IMG/VR virus record: IMGVR_UViG_3300035561_000119
Span: 1 to 28,607 of that record
DNA: 28,607 nt
Strand: one strand, 5' to 3'
From: a virus
Lineage: Duplodnaviria; Caudoviricetes
The notes below the pieces were generated by a model. That model saw nothing but the letters and a program-made list of their open reading frames with translations, ran no database searches and was not told the DNA's origin. The translations under genes and the position numbers were made by a program. This document shows positions 1 to 7,430 of this stretch, piece by piece. Position 1 is the first letter of the stretch, and the number at the start of each line of letters is the position of its first letter.

Positions 1-36
1 TCCATTTTTGGTTTGTAATTTGTAATCATTACCAAT

Positions 37-65
37 ACTTTACAATGTTTTTTAATGGTTGTCAA
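37..65 (-). promoter_or_regulatory. sigma70-type promoter, leftward
   Basis: - strand TTGACA (65-60), 17-nt spacer, TAAAGT (42-37); ATG at 29 opens MITNYKPKN.. running off the window edge. Confidence 0.55.
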
Positions 66-106
66 GTAGTCTCATCTATCCATTACTATAGCAAACAGTA
101 TCATTT

Positions 107-136
107 TTGACAAAATAATAATTTTTCTGTTAGAAT
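107..136 (+). promoter_or_regulatory. sigma70 promoter with extended -10; leaderless transcript for 143..418
   Basis: TTGACA 107-112, 18 nt, TG-n-TAGAAT 131-136; ATG lies 7 nt after the -10. Confidence 0.7.
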
Positions 137-142
137 GTTTTT

Positions 143-418
143 ATGCTAGTCCCTTTTATTTTGCTTCGGTTGTTAGACATTATCAGCACCAGCCTGGTTT
201 TGTGTGTTGATCCGACACTTGAAGCAAATCCGTTGCAAGCAACAATTCAGCGCTTAGGCTTGCCAGCGTTTGCTGTCATCAATCTAACCATATCATTACT
301 TGCTTATTACCTTATAAGCAAACTGCCGGAAAGAATATCTAAGCCAACACTCATCGGATTTATGGTGTTGAACACTTTTGTAGTGTGTGTTAACATATTT
401 GTTCTTTGCCGAGTGTAA
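143..418 (+). CDS. small membrane protein, DUF5658-like
   Basis: three hydrophobic segments, LLDIIST...EANPL motif; own promoter and terminator. Confidence 0.65.
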   Translation: MLVPFILLRLLDIISTSLVLCVDPTLEANPLQATIQRLGLPAFAVINLTISLLAYYLISKLPERISKPTLIGFMVLNTFVVCVNIFVLCRV

Positions 419-452
419 AGATGGGGTTGGTTAAAAGCGAGCCCTATCTTTT
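418..452 (+). terminator. probable intrinsic terminator
   Basis: GATGGGGTT (420-428) pairs with AGCCCTATC (440-448), followed by TTTT. Confidence 0.45.
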
Positions 453-455
453 CGC

Positions 456-484
456 TTGACAAAACTTAAGAGATAGTTTAGTAT
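456..484 (+). promoter_or_regulatory. sigma70 promoter
   Basis: TTGACA 456-461, 17 nt, TAGTAT 479-484. Confidence 0.7.
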
Positions 485-494
485 GTTTTCTACA

Positions 495-623
495 ATGCTC
501 CGGTGAAATTCCGGCACTCCTAGCCAAGGGGAGTAACTATCCGCAGTGTCGTGTTTTTTAATCTGCCAAGACCACTTGGCAAAAGCGGATAGCTTGGCAG
601 ATTAGAAGGCACGACTTTTTTTT
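495..623 (+). ncRNA. structured leader or small RNA ending in a 23-bp terminator hairpin with T8
   Basis: hairpins CCGG-TGAAATT-CCGG and ACTCC..GGAGT; 548-570 pairs with 593-615; CTATCCGC 537-544 is complementary to GCGGATAG 585-592. Confidence 0.65.
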
Positions 624-815
624 ATGAACATAGACAAAATACAAACACTAAGACAGAAACTCAAAGAAAACTCGCCGGATTTTTATCTTCTTCTTAAACA
701 ACGCCAAATTCAAAGACTGTCATTAAAAAGATTAAGTCTGGGGGAGCAGGAACCCACCATAGAGGAAACTCTATTCGGCAATACTGCACTGCAACAAACG
801 CCTGAAGGAACCTAA
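624..815 (+). CDS. hypothetical protein (63 aa)
   Basis: ATG directly after the T-tract; 3' half overlaps a hairpin-rich region. Confidence 0.4.
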   Translation: MNIDKIQTLRQKLKENSPDFYLLLKQRQIQRLSLKRLSLGEQEPTIEETLFGNTALQQTPEGT

Positions 816-973
816 ACGAAATACCTGAAAGCCAACCCCATTGGTAAAAACTTGGGGAGCAGGGTAAGGAGGGATTTCGGTAGGGTGGCGGAGAAGCAGG
901 AGGGTAAGAAGGTTCGTAGGGAATAGCGGGAGCTATACGGACATTAATGCTGTGGATTGATACACCGCCCTGC

Positions 974-1001
974 TTGACAGAAAAACCAGATTTGATATTA
1001 T
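974..1001 (+). promoter_or_regulatory. sigma70 promoter with extended -10 for the terminase operon
   Basis: TTGACA 974-979, 16 nt, TG-n-TATTAT 996-1001; ATG at 1011 (near-leaderless). Confidence 0.7.
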
Positions 1002-1010
1002 TATTTTAAT

Positions 1011-1229
1011 ATGCGAAAGTCTATATTTACCAAAATCGCCGACAGAACACTATTTTCAAGTAAAGAGGTAGGATCAGAATATGGTATTTCCGCTGAAGAA
1101 ATGCAGGTGTTAAGCAGAGTATTAAACATCGGGCAGAAAATGGGTTGGTGGGTTTATACCAGAAAAGACATAGAAACCCTAGCAGAAGTTATGCAGAAAT
1201 ATGGGCGGTTGGCAAAAAAAGAAAAGTGA
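1011..1229 (+). CDS. MerR/excisionase-like HTH DNA-binding protein
   Basis: LFSSKEVGSEYGIS...GWWVYTRKDIETL winged-HTH pattern. Confidence 0.65.
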   Translation: MRKSIFTKIADRTLFSSKEVGSEYGISAEEMQVLSRVLNIGQKMGWWVYTRKDIETLAEVMQKYGRLAKKEK

Positions 1230-1431
1230 GCAATGGGATACAGCAATTTGTTCTTATTGTGGGCAAAGAATGACAAAATATTTTCGCTATGACCTAGAGA
1301 ATGATAATTGGATAAAAAGTAGTGCCTTTTATCAAGCCTGTTTTAACCCCGACTGCCCTTTGCAACGAGCAGAAGTGATAGGAACACATAGCGATGGGGA
1401 GGGACATATTTATAAGTTCTCTTTGGTATGA
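1201..1431 (+). CDS. zinc-ribbon protein
   Basis: CSYC...CFNPDC cysteine pairs. Confidence 0.6.
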   Translation: MGGWQKKKSEQWDTAICSYCGQRMTKYFRYDLENDNWIKSSAFYQACFNPDCPLQRAEVIGTHSDGEGHIYKFSLV

Positions 1432-1592
1432 TTAAATTTATTGCCGACAAAGTAAAAGTAAAGACCGGTAGAGTTGACAATAGCGCTGTTGTTGAATTTG
1501 AAATTGGCGAATATCAATTACCGAACATTAAAGATTTAGTGGGGATTGTGGATAAGGAATTAAAAGTAGGGGTTGAAGTAAATGAAAGATAA
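1428..1592 (+). CDS. hypothetical protein, 54 aa (not in ORF track)
   Basis: MIKFIADKVKVKTGRVDNSAVVEFEIGEYQLPNIKDLVGIVDKELKVGVEVNER*; ATGA overlap upstream and fills the gap to terS. Confidence 0.7.
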   Translation: MIKFIADKVKVKTGRVDNSAVVEFEIGEYQLPNIKDLVGIVDKELKVGVEVNER

Positions 1593-1962
1593 AGACTTTA
1601 AACTTTTACCAAAGCCGAAAAAAAAAGTAGTGGCAAAAGTGCTATATGATATGGGTTGGTCAACAAGAACAATAGAACAATGGTTAGGTATAGATAATAG
1701 CACTGTATCACGCTATGCTAAAACTCCGACCCCAGAAAAGTTGCAACAGTTTGCAACAGATTTTACTATTGCGATACAGTCTGAAAAACAAAGGGGCATA
1801 GCATTGGGTATAAGACGCTTAATTGAGTTAATCCCAAAAGAGCGCAGAATTGAACCCCTAGTAAAGGGGCTTGAGTTTTTGGAAGGAAAGCAACAGGGAG
1901 TGGGGGTAATGGTAAATATCAAACAAGAATTTCAAAAAGAACTGGAGGAGTTCAAAGAATGA
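1582..1962 (+). CDS. terS: terminase small subunit (N-terminal HTH)
   Basis: HTH GWSTRTIEQWLGIDNSTVSRY, helical middle, ATGA-coupled to terL. Confidence 0.7.
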   Translation: MKDKDFKLLPKPKKKVVAKVLYDMGWSTRTIEQWLGIDNSTVSRYAKTPTPEKLQQFATDFTIAIQSEKQRGIALGIRRLIELIPKERRIEPLVKGLEFLEGKQQGVGVMVNIKQEFQKELEEFKE

Positions 1963-2744
1963 AATACTTAGAGTGGATTACAAAGAGATTGCAGATTGTA
2001 GATAAAAACAAAGAAACAGTTGATTTTATTCCCAATAAAGCACAAGGGGATTTTGTTGATAAGATTGCGGGAAAAGATATTATTCTTAAAAGCCGGCAGA
2101 TGGGTTTTTCTTCGATTATCCTAGCGTTATTTACCTTTGACTTTCTTTTACTAGAAAATACCTATAATGTGGTGGTTGCCGACAGCGATGACAATGCGGT
2201 TGGATTGTTAGCAAGGGTGAAGTTTTATTTACAGTCTTATGAGCAGAAAACAGGAAGGAAAATCCCTTTAAAATATAATTCAAAGAGTGAGCTATATAAC
2301 GAAGCAATGAATAGCTATTATAAAATCGGAAGCGCAAAAAACATTCAATTTGGGCGCTCCAAAACCATAACCAATCTTCATCTTTCGGAGTTTGCATTCT
2401 TCCCCGACCCAGAAGCAATTTTTGGTTCAGCTCTGCAGGCGGTTATCCCAACAGGAAGAGCAATTATTGAGACAACCGCTAATGGCTTTAATTGGTTTAA
2501 AGACTTGTGGGATCACGGCGAAGAACGAGGATTTAAAAAACATTTCTATAATCCCTTATGGGAGTATGATAAACAATTTTTAGAGAGGAAAAAGAAAGAG
2601 TTGGGTAGGCTCTTCCCTCAAGAATATCCGATGACCGAGCAAGAAAGCTTTTTAGTATCGGGTGATTTATATTTTAACAAGGAGGCTTTGAAGTTTTATC
2701 TTGATAATATTAAAGAACCAATTAAAAATCCAATCTATGTTTAG
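1959..2744 (+). CDS. terL: terminase large subunit, ATPase domain
   Basis: Walker A ILKSRQMGFS, Walker B LHLSEFAF, coupling motif ETTANG, QEYP. Confidence 0.92.
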   Translation: MKYLEWITKRLQIVDKNKETVDFIPNKAQGDFVDKIAGKDIILKSRQMGFSSIILALFTFDFLLLENTYNVVVADSDDNAVGLLARVKFYLQSYEQKTGRKIPLKYNSKSELYNEAMNSYYKIGSAKNIQFGRSKTITNLHLSEFAFFPDPEAIFGSALQAVIPTGRAIIETTANGFNWFKDLWDHGEERGFKKHFYNPLWEYDKQFLERKKKELGRLFPQEYPMTEQESFLVSGDLYFNKEALKFYLDNIKEPIKNPIYV

Positions 2745-3396
2745 GCAATATAGGCAAATAACTAAAGGTGAGTTTATCTTATGCGCAGTCGATACTGCCG
2801 CAGGAGGATTGGATTATACCGCCGCACAATTTCTTTCTAAAAACAAAATAGATGTTCCTTTAGTTTTTCATTCAAGAGTAACTACCTCTGACTTTATTCC
2901 AAAACTAGGTGAGATTTTGGAAAAAATATATGACACTACCAATGTAAAGCCAATAGTGGCGATAGAGCGGCAAAATGGAGGGGCATTTTTGATAGATAGG
3001 CTTGCTGGAATTAATTTAAGAGGAAAATATGAAATCTTTAAAATGCCTAATTATGGCCGAGAAGACGCACCAGAACCAGTTAGATTAGGTTGGGATACTA
3101 ATTCAGCTACCCGCCCTAAAATGTTGCAAGACCTAAAAGACGCCATTGATAAGAAAGTATTAATTATTTATGATAAGCCGACAATTAATGAGATGTTTTC
3201 TTTTGTGGTGGTTCAGACCTCATCGAGTTGGAAAGCTCAATCAGAAAGGAACGCCCACGATGACCTTATTATGGCATTAGCGATTGGTTGGCAGATGTAT
3301 CAAATGTGTGAGAAGCCAATGACTGAAGCCGAAACCGAACAAGTAATAGCAGAATTACCAGTTGAAAACCTGTTTGACAAACAGGGTTATTATTAA
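2737..3396 (+). CDS. terL: terminase large subunit, RNase H-like nuclease domain (separate ORF)
   Basis: AVDTAAGGLD, IERQNGG, GWDTN, HDDLIMALA motifs; ATG at 2737 overlaps the ATPase ORF end by 8 nt. Confidence 0.9.
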   Translation: MFRQYRQITKGEFILCAVDTAAGGLDYTAAQFLSKNKIDVPLVFHSRVTTSDFIPKLGEILEKIYDTTNVKPIVAIERQNGGAFLIDRLAGINLRGKYEIFKMPNYGREDAPEPVRLGWDTNSATRPKMLQDLKDAIDKKVLIIYDKPTINEMFSFVVVQTSSSWKAQSERNAHDDLIMALAIGWQMYQMCEKPMTEAETEQVIAELPVENLFDKQGYY

Positions 3397-3400
3397 CATT

Positions 3401-3763
3401 ATGATAAACAACAACAACTTTGTGGTTTGTGATAAAACCAAAATCATACTTGATGACGGGAAAACAATTTATCCCGGCTATATAGAAGTTAAGGAAGGCA
3501 AAAAGATATTGCATTTCTCAAATGATCCGCAAAATAAGATACCACAATACATAAACAAGGGAGGGAGAATGGTGCGTAATCCAAAACACCCCGTCGGGAT
3601 GCTTTTGAATCGAAAAGAGTTTGAAAAAACGACTATTATTGAAACTACCGCAAACAAAAACCTTGAAGGGAAACATTTTATGAATATTCTAGCATTAATG
3701 GCCTATGAGCAAGAACACACAACCAAATCGAGTGTCATACTCGATAACAATCAGAAAGCATAA
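3401..3763 (+). CDS. hypothetical protein
   Basis: ATG 4 nt after the terL stop; fills the operon. Confidence 0.65.
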   Translation: MINNNNFVVCDKTKIILDDGKTIYPGYIEVKEGKKILHFSNDPQNKIPQYINKGGRMVRNPKHPVGMLLNRKEFEKTTIIETTANKNLEGKHFMNILALMAYEQEHTTKSSVILDNNQKA

Positions 3764-3890
3764 TGAGGCGGTTCACCAAGATATTGAAAAAGACTTGGCT
3801 AGAATTAAAAATGGCTATTTTATCTTTACCTTACGGGTGAATGATGGTAATATTATTGATTATACAGTTTTAGAACATTGTGGATATTGA
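3705..3890 (+). CDS. small DUF2292/YezD-like protein
   Basis: helix then IKNGYFIFTLRVNDGNIIDY beta pattern, resembling the YezD-type FGxVTIxVxDG motif. Confidence 0.5.
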   Translation: MSKNTQPNRVSYSITIRKHNEAVHQDIEKDLARIKNGYFIFTLRVNDGNIIDYTVLEHCGY

Positions 3891-4080
3891 ACTAGAAAAC
3901 CGGCGGCTTTTTCATGCTATTGTTGAAAATGAGGCGGTGAATAAAGTTGTTTATGGTTCGGTCACTTTTAGTATTAATGTGCAAAACGGGCATCCGCTTT
4001 TACATACACTAAGAGTTGACAGAATGAAGCGTAGAAAGTATGGTTTAAAGAAGTCACTTGACAAAACAAAAATGAGATAG
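3880..4080 (+). CDS. small DUF2292/YezD-like basic protein
   Basis: VVYGSVTFSINVQNG...RMKRRKY; GTG start overlapping the previous ORF. Confidence 0.55.
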   Translation: MDIELENRRLFHAIVENEAVNKVVYGSVTFSINVQNGHPLLHTLRVDRMKRRKYGLKKSLDKTKMR

Positions 4081-4086
4081 TATGAT
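4058..4086 (+). promoter_or_regulatory. sigma70 promoter for the head operon
   Basis: TTGACA 4058-4063, 17 nt, TATGAT 4081-4086. Confidence 0.8.
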
Positions 4087-4097
4087 GTAATAAACTT

Positions 4098-4174
4098 GGG
4101 TATGCGACCATAATGTCGTTGGCCTCGAAGTAAAAGCAGGTTTAAAGACTTGTTTTTATCTCGGGGCTTTTTTT
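4098..4174 (+). terminator. attenuator A: antiterminator hairpin overlapping an intrinsic terminator
   Basis: GGGTATGCGAC/GTCGTTGGCCT (4098-4125); terminator GGCCTCGA..TCGGGGCT with 12-bp inner stem (4121-4168) and T7. Confidence 0.75.
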
Positions 4175-4184
4175 ATTATCAACT

Positions 4185-5975
4185 ATGAGTGAATTAACAG
4201 ACCAAATCAAAGACAGGGTAGAGGCGGCTAAAAATTACCTAGCTGATAAGCGGGTTGCTTGGGATGAATATGAAAATATCTTTCATAACCGTCTTGATGA
4301 CGACCTTTCTAACACCGCCAAATCTCAAGTATTTGACCCAAAGCTTTCTACTTTTATTATTGAGCGCTCTGCTAGAGTAATGAGCCAGCTTCCAACAGGG
4401 AAGGCTAAACCAATTTCACGCAATGACCAGGGGGCTTCACTTTTAATGAACCTGATTTTAGAAAAATATGTTTTAAGGAACGCTAACGCTCAATTTGATT
4501 TTTTAACTAAACTCCGGATGCTTGATTTGTATTCCAATATTTATGGTAATTTTTTTGGCTTGGTTGATTGGGATGTAAAGAAAAATGGGTATGTTGGCCC
4601 AGATTTGTGGTTAATTCCCATTCGTGATGTTTTTCCCCAAGTAGGGGCTATCTCTATTGATGACTCCGACTATTGTATTATTCGCACTTGGCGTTCACTT
4701 GAATATTTTAAATCCCTTAAAAATAAAAAAAACTATAAAGATATTGATACGGTTATTGCTTTACTTGAGAAAAAATCCGGGGATAAAGACCAAAAAGACA
4801 GTGATGACCAATCTCAACGAGAAGCTAATGAGTATCCAGATGCCGCCTCATCTAAGAAAAGCGGTTATTTTGAAATCTATACTATGTTTGAGCGTGATAG
4901 ATGGGTGGATTATGTTAAAGCCGCTGATATAATTATTCGAGATATCAAAAATCCTCACGAGACCAATGAAATTCCAATAGTCAACAAATATTCAATCCCT
5001 TTAATTGATGATTTTATGGGTATGGGAGATTTTGAGCGTGGGAAATCAATGCAATATGCTCGTAATTCGCTTTGGAATTTATATCTTGATGCTATCAAAA
5101 TCTCAATTTTCCCGCCAGTAATGCTTGATAAAAATGGGATTATTCCCACTACAATCAAATGGAGTCCGGCCGCCAAATGGTTACTAACCAAAATGGGTTC
5201 AGCACAGGTTCTAAATCTTACTCCGCAAGGGATTCAGTCTTTTAATAACACATCGCAGGCGATTGATGCCTCAATGCTTAATACATTTGGAACTACTAAT
5301 ACTGCAGTCTCGGCTAATGTTGATCCAGGTTTTGGTAAGACACCCGAAGCCTTAAAATTACAGGCTAACCGTGAGAGTTCAAGAGACAATTGGGATAGAT
5401 ATTTTATGGAAAAGTGTTTAGAGCAAATAATGCGTAAATTTACCGACCTTATTTCTAAAAAAATGCCTGAAACTATTAAAATCCGAATGTTTGAAGATGA
5501 AATTAAAGCGATGGCTAACAAATATGAAGATATTGAAGAGATGTATGACGAAAAAACAGGAAAACTTCTTATTAGTAAAAGCAAAGTAGGTAATACAATG
5601 TATGATTATGAGCTTGTTTCTGGCTCTACTTACGCTGTTGACCAACAAAAACAACTAGCAGCATTGGTGCAGTTAATTGAAATTCTCCCTAAATTTGAGC
5701 AAATATTAGTTAATGAAGGGAAAAAGATTAATTATGGGGAGTATATTGCCAGAATTATGTCTAACTCGGGTATTCAAGACTGGGACAAGATTATTGAAGA
5801 AGTTGGTGAAGAAAACAGGGTTGGTAATATTTTAGAGCAAGATAAAACAAGGTTTATGCAACTACTTCAACAAATGCAGTCAGGACAAATACCAGTTCAA
5901 AACGCAGTAAATAATGAAACACCGCAAGCGCAAGGAGCTCCCCAAGAAGGAGGAGGAAGTAGTCTCGGCTATTAA
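4185..5975 (+). CDS. portal protein
   Basis: 596 aa after terminase; P22/T7-like layout (GMGDFERGKSMQYARNSLWNLYLDAI..FPP), Gln-rich tail. Confidence 0.88.
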   Translation: MSELTDQIKDRVEAAKNYLADKRVAWDEYENIFHNRLDDDLSNTAKSQVFDPKLSTFIIERSARVMSQLPTGKAKPISRNDQGASLLMNLILEKYVLRNANAQFDFLTKLRMLDLYSNIYGNFFGLVDWDVKKNGYVGPDLWLIPIRDVFPQVGAISIDDSDYCIIRTWRSLEYFKSLKNKKNYKDIDTVIALLEKKSGDKDQKDSDDQSQREANEYPDAASSKKSGYFEIYTMFERDRWVDYVKAADIIIRDIKNPHETNEIPIVNKYSIPLIDDFMGMGDFERGKSMQYARNSLWNLYLDAIKISIFPPVMLDKNGIIPTTIKWSPAAKWLLTKMGSAQVLNLTPQGIQSFNNTSQAIDASMLNTFGTTNTAVSANVDPGFGKTPEALKLQANRESSRDNWDRYFMEKCLEQIMRKFTDLISKKMPETIKIRMFEDEIKAMANKYEDIEEMYDEKTGKLLISKSKVGNTMYDYELVSGSTYAVDQQKQLAALVQLIEILPKFEQILVNEGKKINYGEYIARIMSNSGIQDWDKIIEEVGEENRVGNILEQDKTRFMQLLQQMQSGQIPVQNAVNNETPQAQGAPQEGGGSSLGY

Positions 5976-6291
5976 GCCAGACTTCTTAAGCACATTTAGA
6001 CAAGCTAAAGCAGATATACAAGATGAAAGGGCAAAAACTAAAGGGATAGACCCGGAAGATGCCGCCCTTTATGAAATGAGCCAGCTTAGGGGTTGGCAAA
6101 TAGCCAAACGAATTGGTCGCTCTTTAATAAGTGAGCTAGACGATATTGTAAGAAGCTCTATTGATAGAGGAGCCACTATGCAAGATATTGGACTAATGAC
6201 TTTTGTAAAAGAAGAGGTTAAGTCAAAGTTAGAGAGCTTTTTTACACGTATAGATGGAACAAAAGAAGTTATTGAACGAAAAGAAGGATGA
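5914..6291 (+). CDS. hypothetical head-module protein
   Basis: post-portal helical protein with LRGWQ motif. Confidence 0.7.
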   Translation: MKHRKRKELPKKEEEVVSAIKPDFLSTFRQAKADIQDERAKTKGIDPEDAALYEMSQLRGWQIAKRIGRSLISELDDIVRSSIDRGATMQDIGLMTFVKEEVKSKLESFFTRIDGTKEVIERKEG

Positions 6292-6496
6292 ACCCCAAGA
6301 GGAGTATGAGGTGCTTGATTTTAACAAGCCAGATTATAAGTTTGTGCCTTCTGGATACCATGATTGGAGACAACAAGGCAGTTACTTGGTTTGTAAAAGT
6401 TGCGAATTGACACACGCTGTTTATATTGGTATTGATAAGGTATTTGTGGGATATAACAAAGAAGGGAAACCGCTTCTCAAGAAGCGCCATTATTGA
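6254..6496 (+). CDS. small Zn-ribbon protein
   Basis: HDWRQQGSYLVCKSCELTH (H-C-C-H). Confidence 0.7.
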   Translation: MEQKKLLNEKKDEPQEEYEVLDFNKPDYKFVPSGYHDWRQQGSYLVCKSCELTHAVYIGIDKVFVGYNKEGKPLLKKRHY

Positions 6497-6571
6497 CCAA
6501 TTTTAGTTAGCCACTAGATGCGGTCAAGTGCCATCCTACTATAGTGGATGATTAAAAATTTATCGCCAATT

Positions 6572-7393
6572 ATGGACGAAAACAAAGACAAGGCGTTAAA
6601 CCAAGAGGCTGTAGCTGATAACAGCCCCACTGCTTCGCCGGCAGAGGAAACAAACACAGCACCAGAAGTTGAAGAGCCAGAAGCCGAACAAGGGTCGGCT
6701 ATCCCAAGTGAAGCTGAAGGCGAACCAACAGAAGGTGAAGGGGTTAAAAGTCGTTCGGCACAAGGGCGCATACGCAAACTTGTACAAGAAAGGAAAAGAG
6801 CAGAGCAGGAAAAAATCAATCTGCAAGAGCAGCTCCGCCAGATGACTGATAGATACCGATATGTTCCTGAAAGCACAGGGGGCTTTCCCCAAGAACAAGT
6901 ACAGGAGCCGTCGGGAATACAAGCTGGCCAAGAGTATACGATTGACGAAATTAACGAGCGTCTTAATCAGGCTCAACAGAGAGGCGAACAAACTGCTTTA
7001 AGACATGCTGATAACTTGGTAAGAATAAGATTAGCCCAACAGGAAAATCTTAATCGTATTGACCGTGAAGCTCGTGAGTCAATAGACAAGTATGAAGTGC
7101 TTAATCCGAAAAGCGAACACTATGACCCTGACCTGTCTGATATAGTTACGAGGGCAACGAGGGATGCGCTTAGCGCTAACCCACAGCTTTCTGTAAAAAA
7201 ATACGTGGAAAGGCTAATAAAGCCCTATCTTAAAGGGGTAACTAGAGCGCAGGCAGAGGCAACGGAATCTGCTGCAAGGCAGGTTTCGGAGCAAGCGAGT
7301 AGACCGACACCCGCCGTAGGTGAAAATAGAGAAAAAGACGCAAATAAAATGTCATGGCAGGAAATTGAGAAAAAGGTTGGTATTGTCGGGTAA
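6572..7393 (+). CDS. capsid scaffolding protein (start 6572 or 6548)
   Basis: acidic disordered N-terminus, AQGRIRKLVQERK coiled coil, MSWQEIEKK C-terminal helix, just before MCP. Confidence 0.85.
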   Translation: MDENKDKALNQEAVADNSPTASPAEETNTAPEVEEPEAEQGSAIPSEAEGEPTEGEGVKSRSAQGRIRKLVQERKRAEQEKINLQEQLRQMTDRYRYVPESTGGFPQEQVQEPSGIQAGQEYTIDEINERLNQAQQRGEQTALRHADNLVRIRLAQQENLNRIDREARESIDKYEVLNPKSEHYDPDLSDIVTRATRDALSANPQLSVKKYVERLIKPYLKGVTRAQAEATESAARQVSEQASRPTPAVGENREKDANKMSWQEIEKKVGIVG

Positions 7394-7430
7394 TTATTAG
7401 TTCAAGCCCGATGTTTGGAGATGAAACAAT

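Noticed and set aside
495-535. tRNA or canonical FMN/cobalamin riboswitch
   Set aside because: Only a T-loop-like hairpin matches; no cloverleaf or remaining conserved aptamer boxes.
801-825. Hammerhead-like CTGAAGGA...CGAAA
   Set aside because: Core deviates from CUGANGA and there is no stem II or flanking stems.
2742-2765. TAG read-through or stop-codon recoding to fuse the terL halves
   Set aside because: The nuclease half is in a different frame, and further TAG and TAA stops follow in frame; other genes are intact in code 11.
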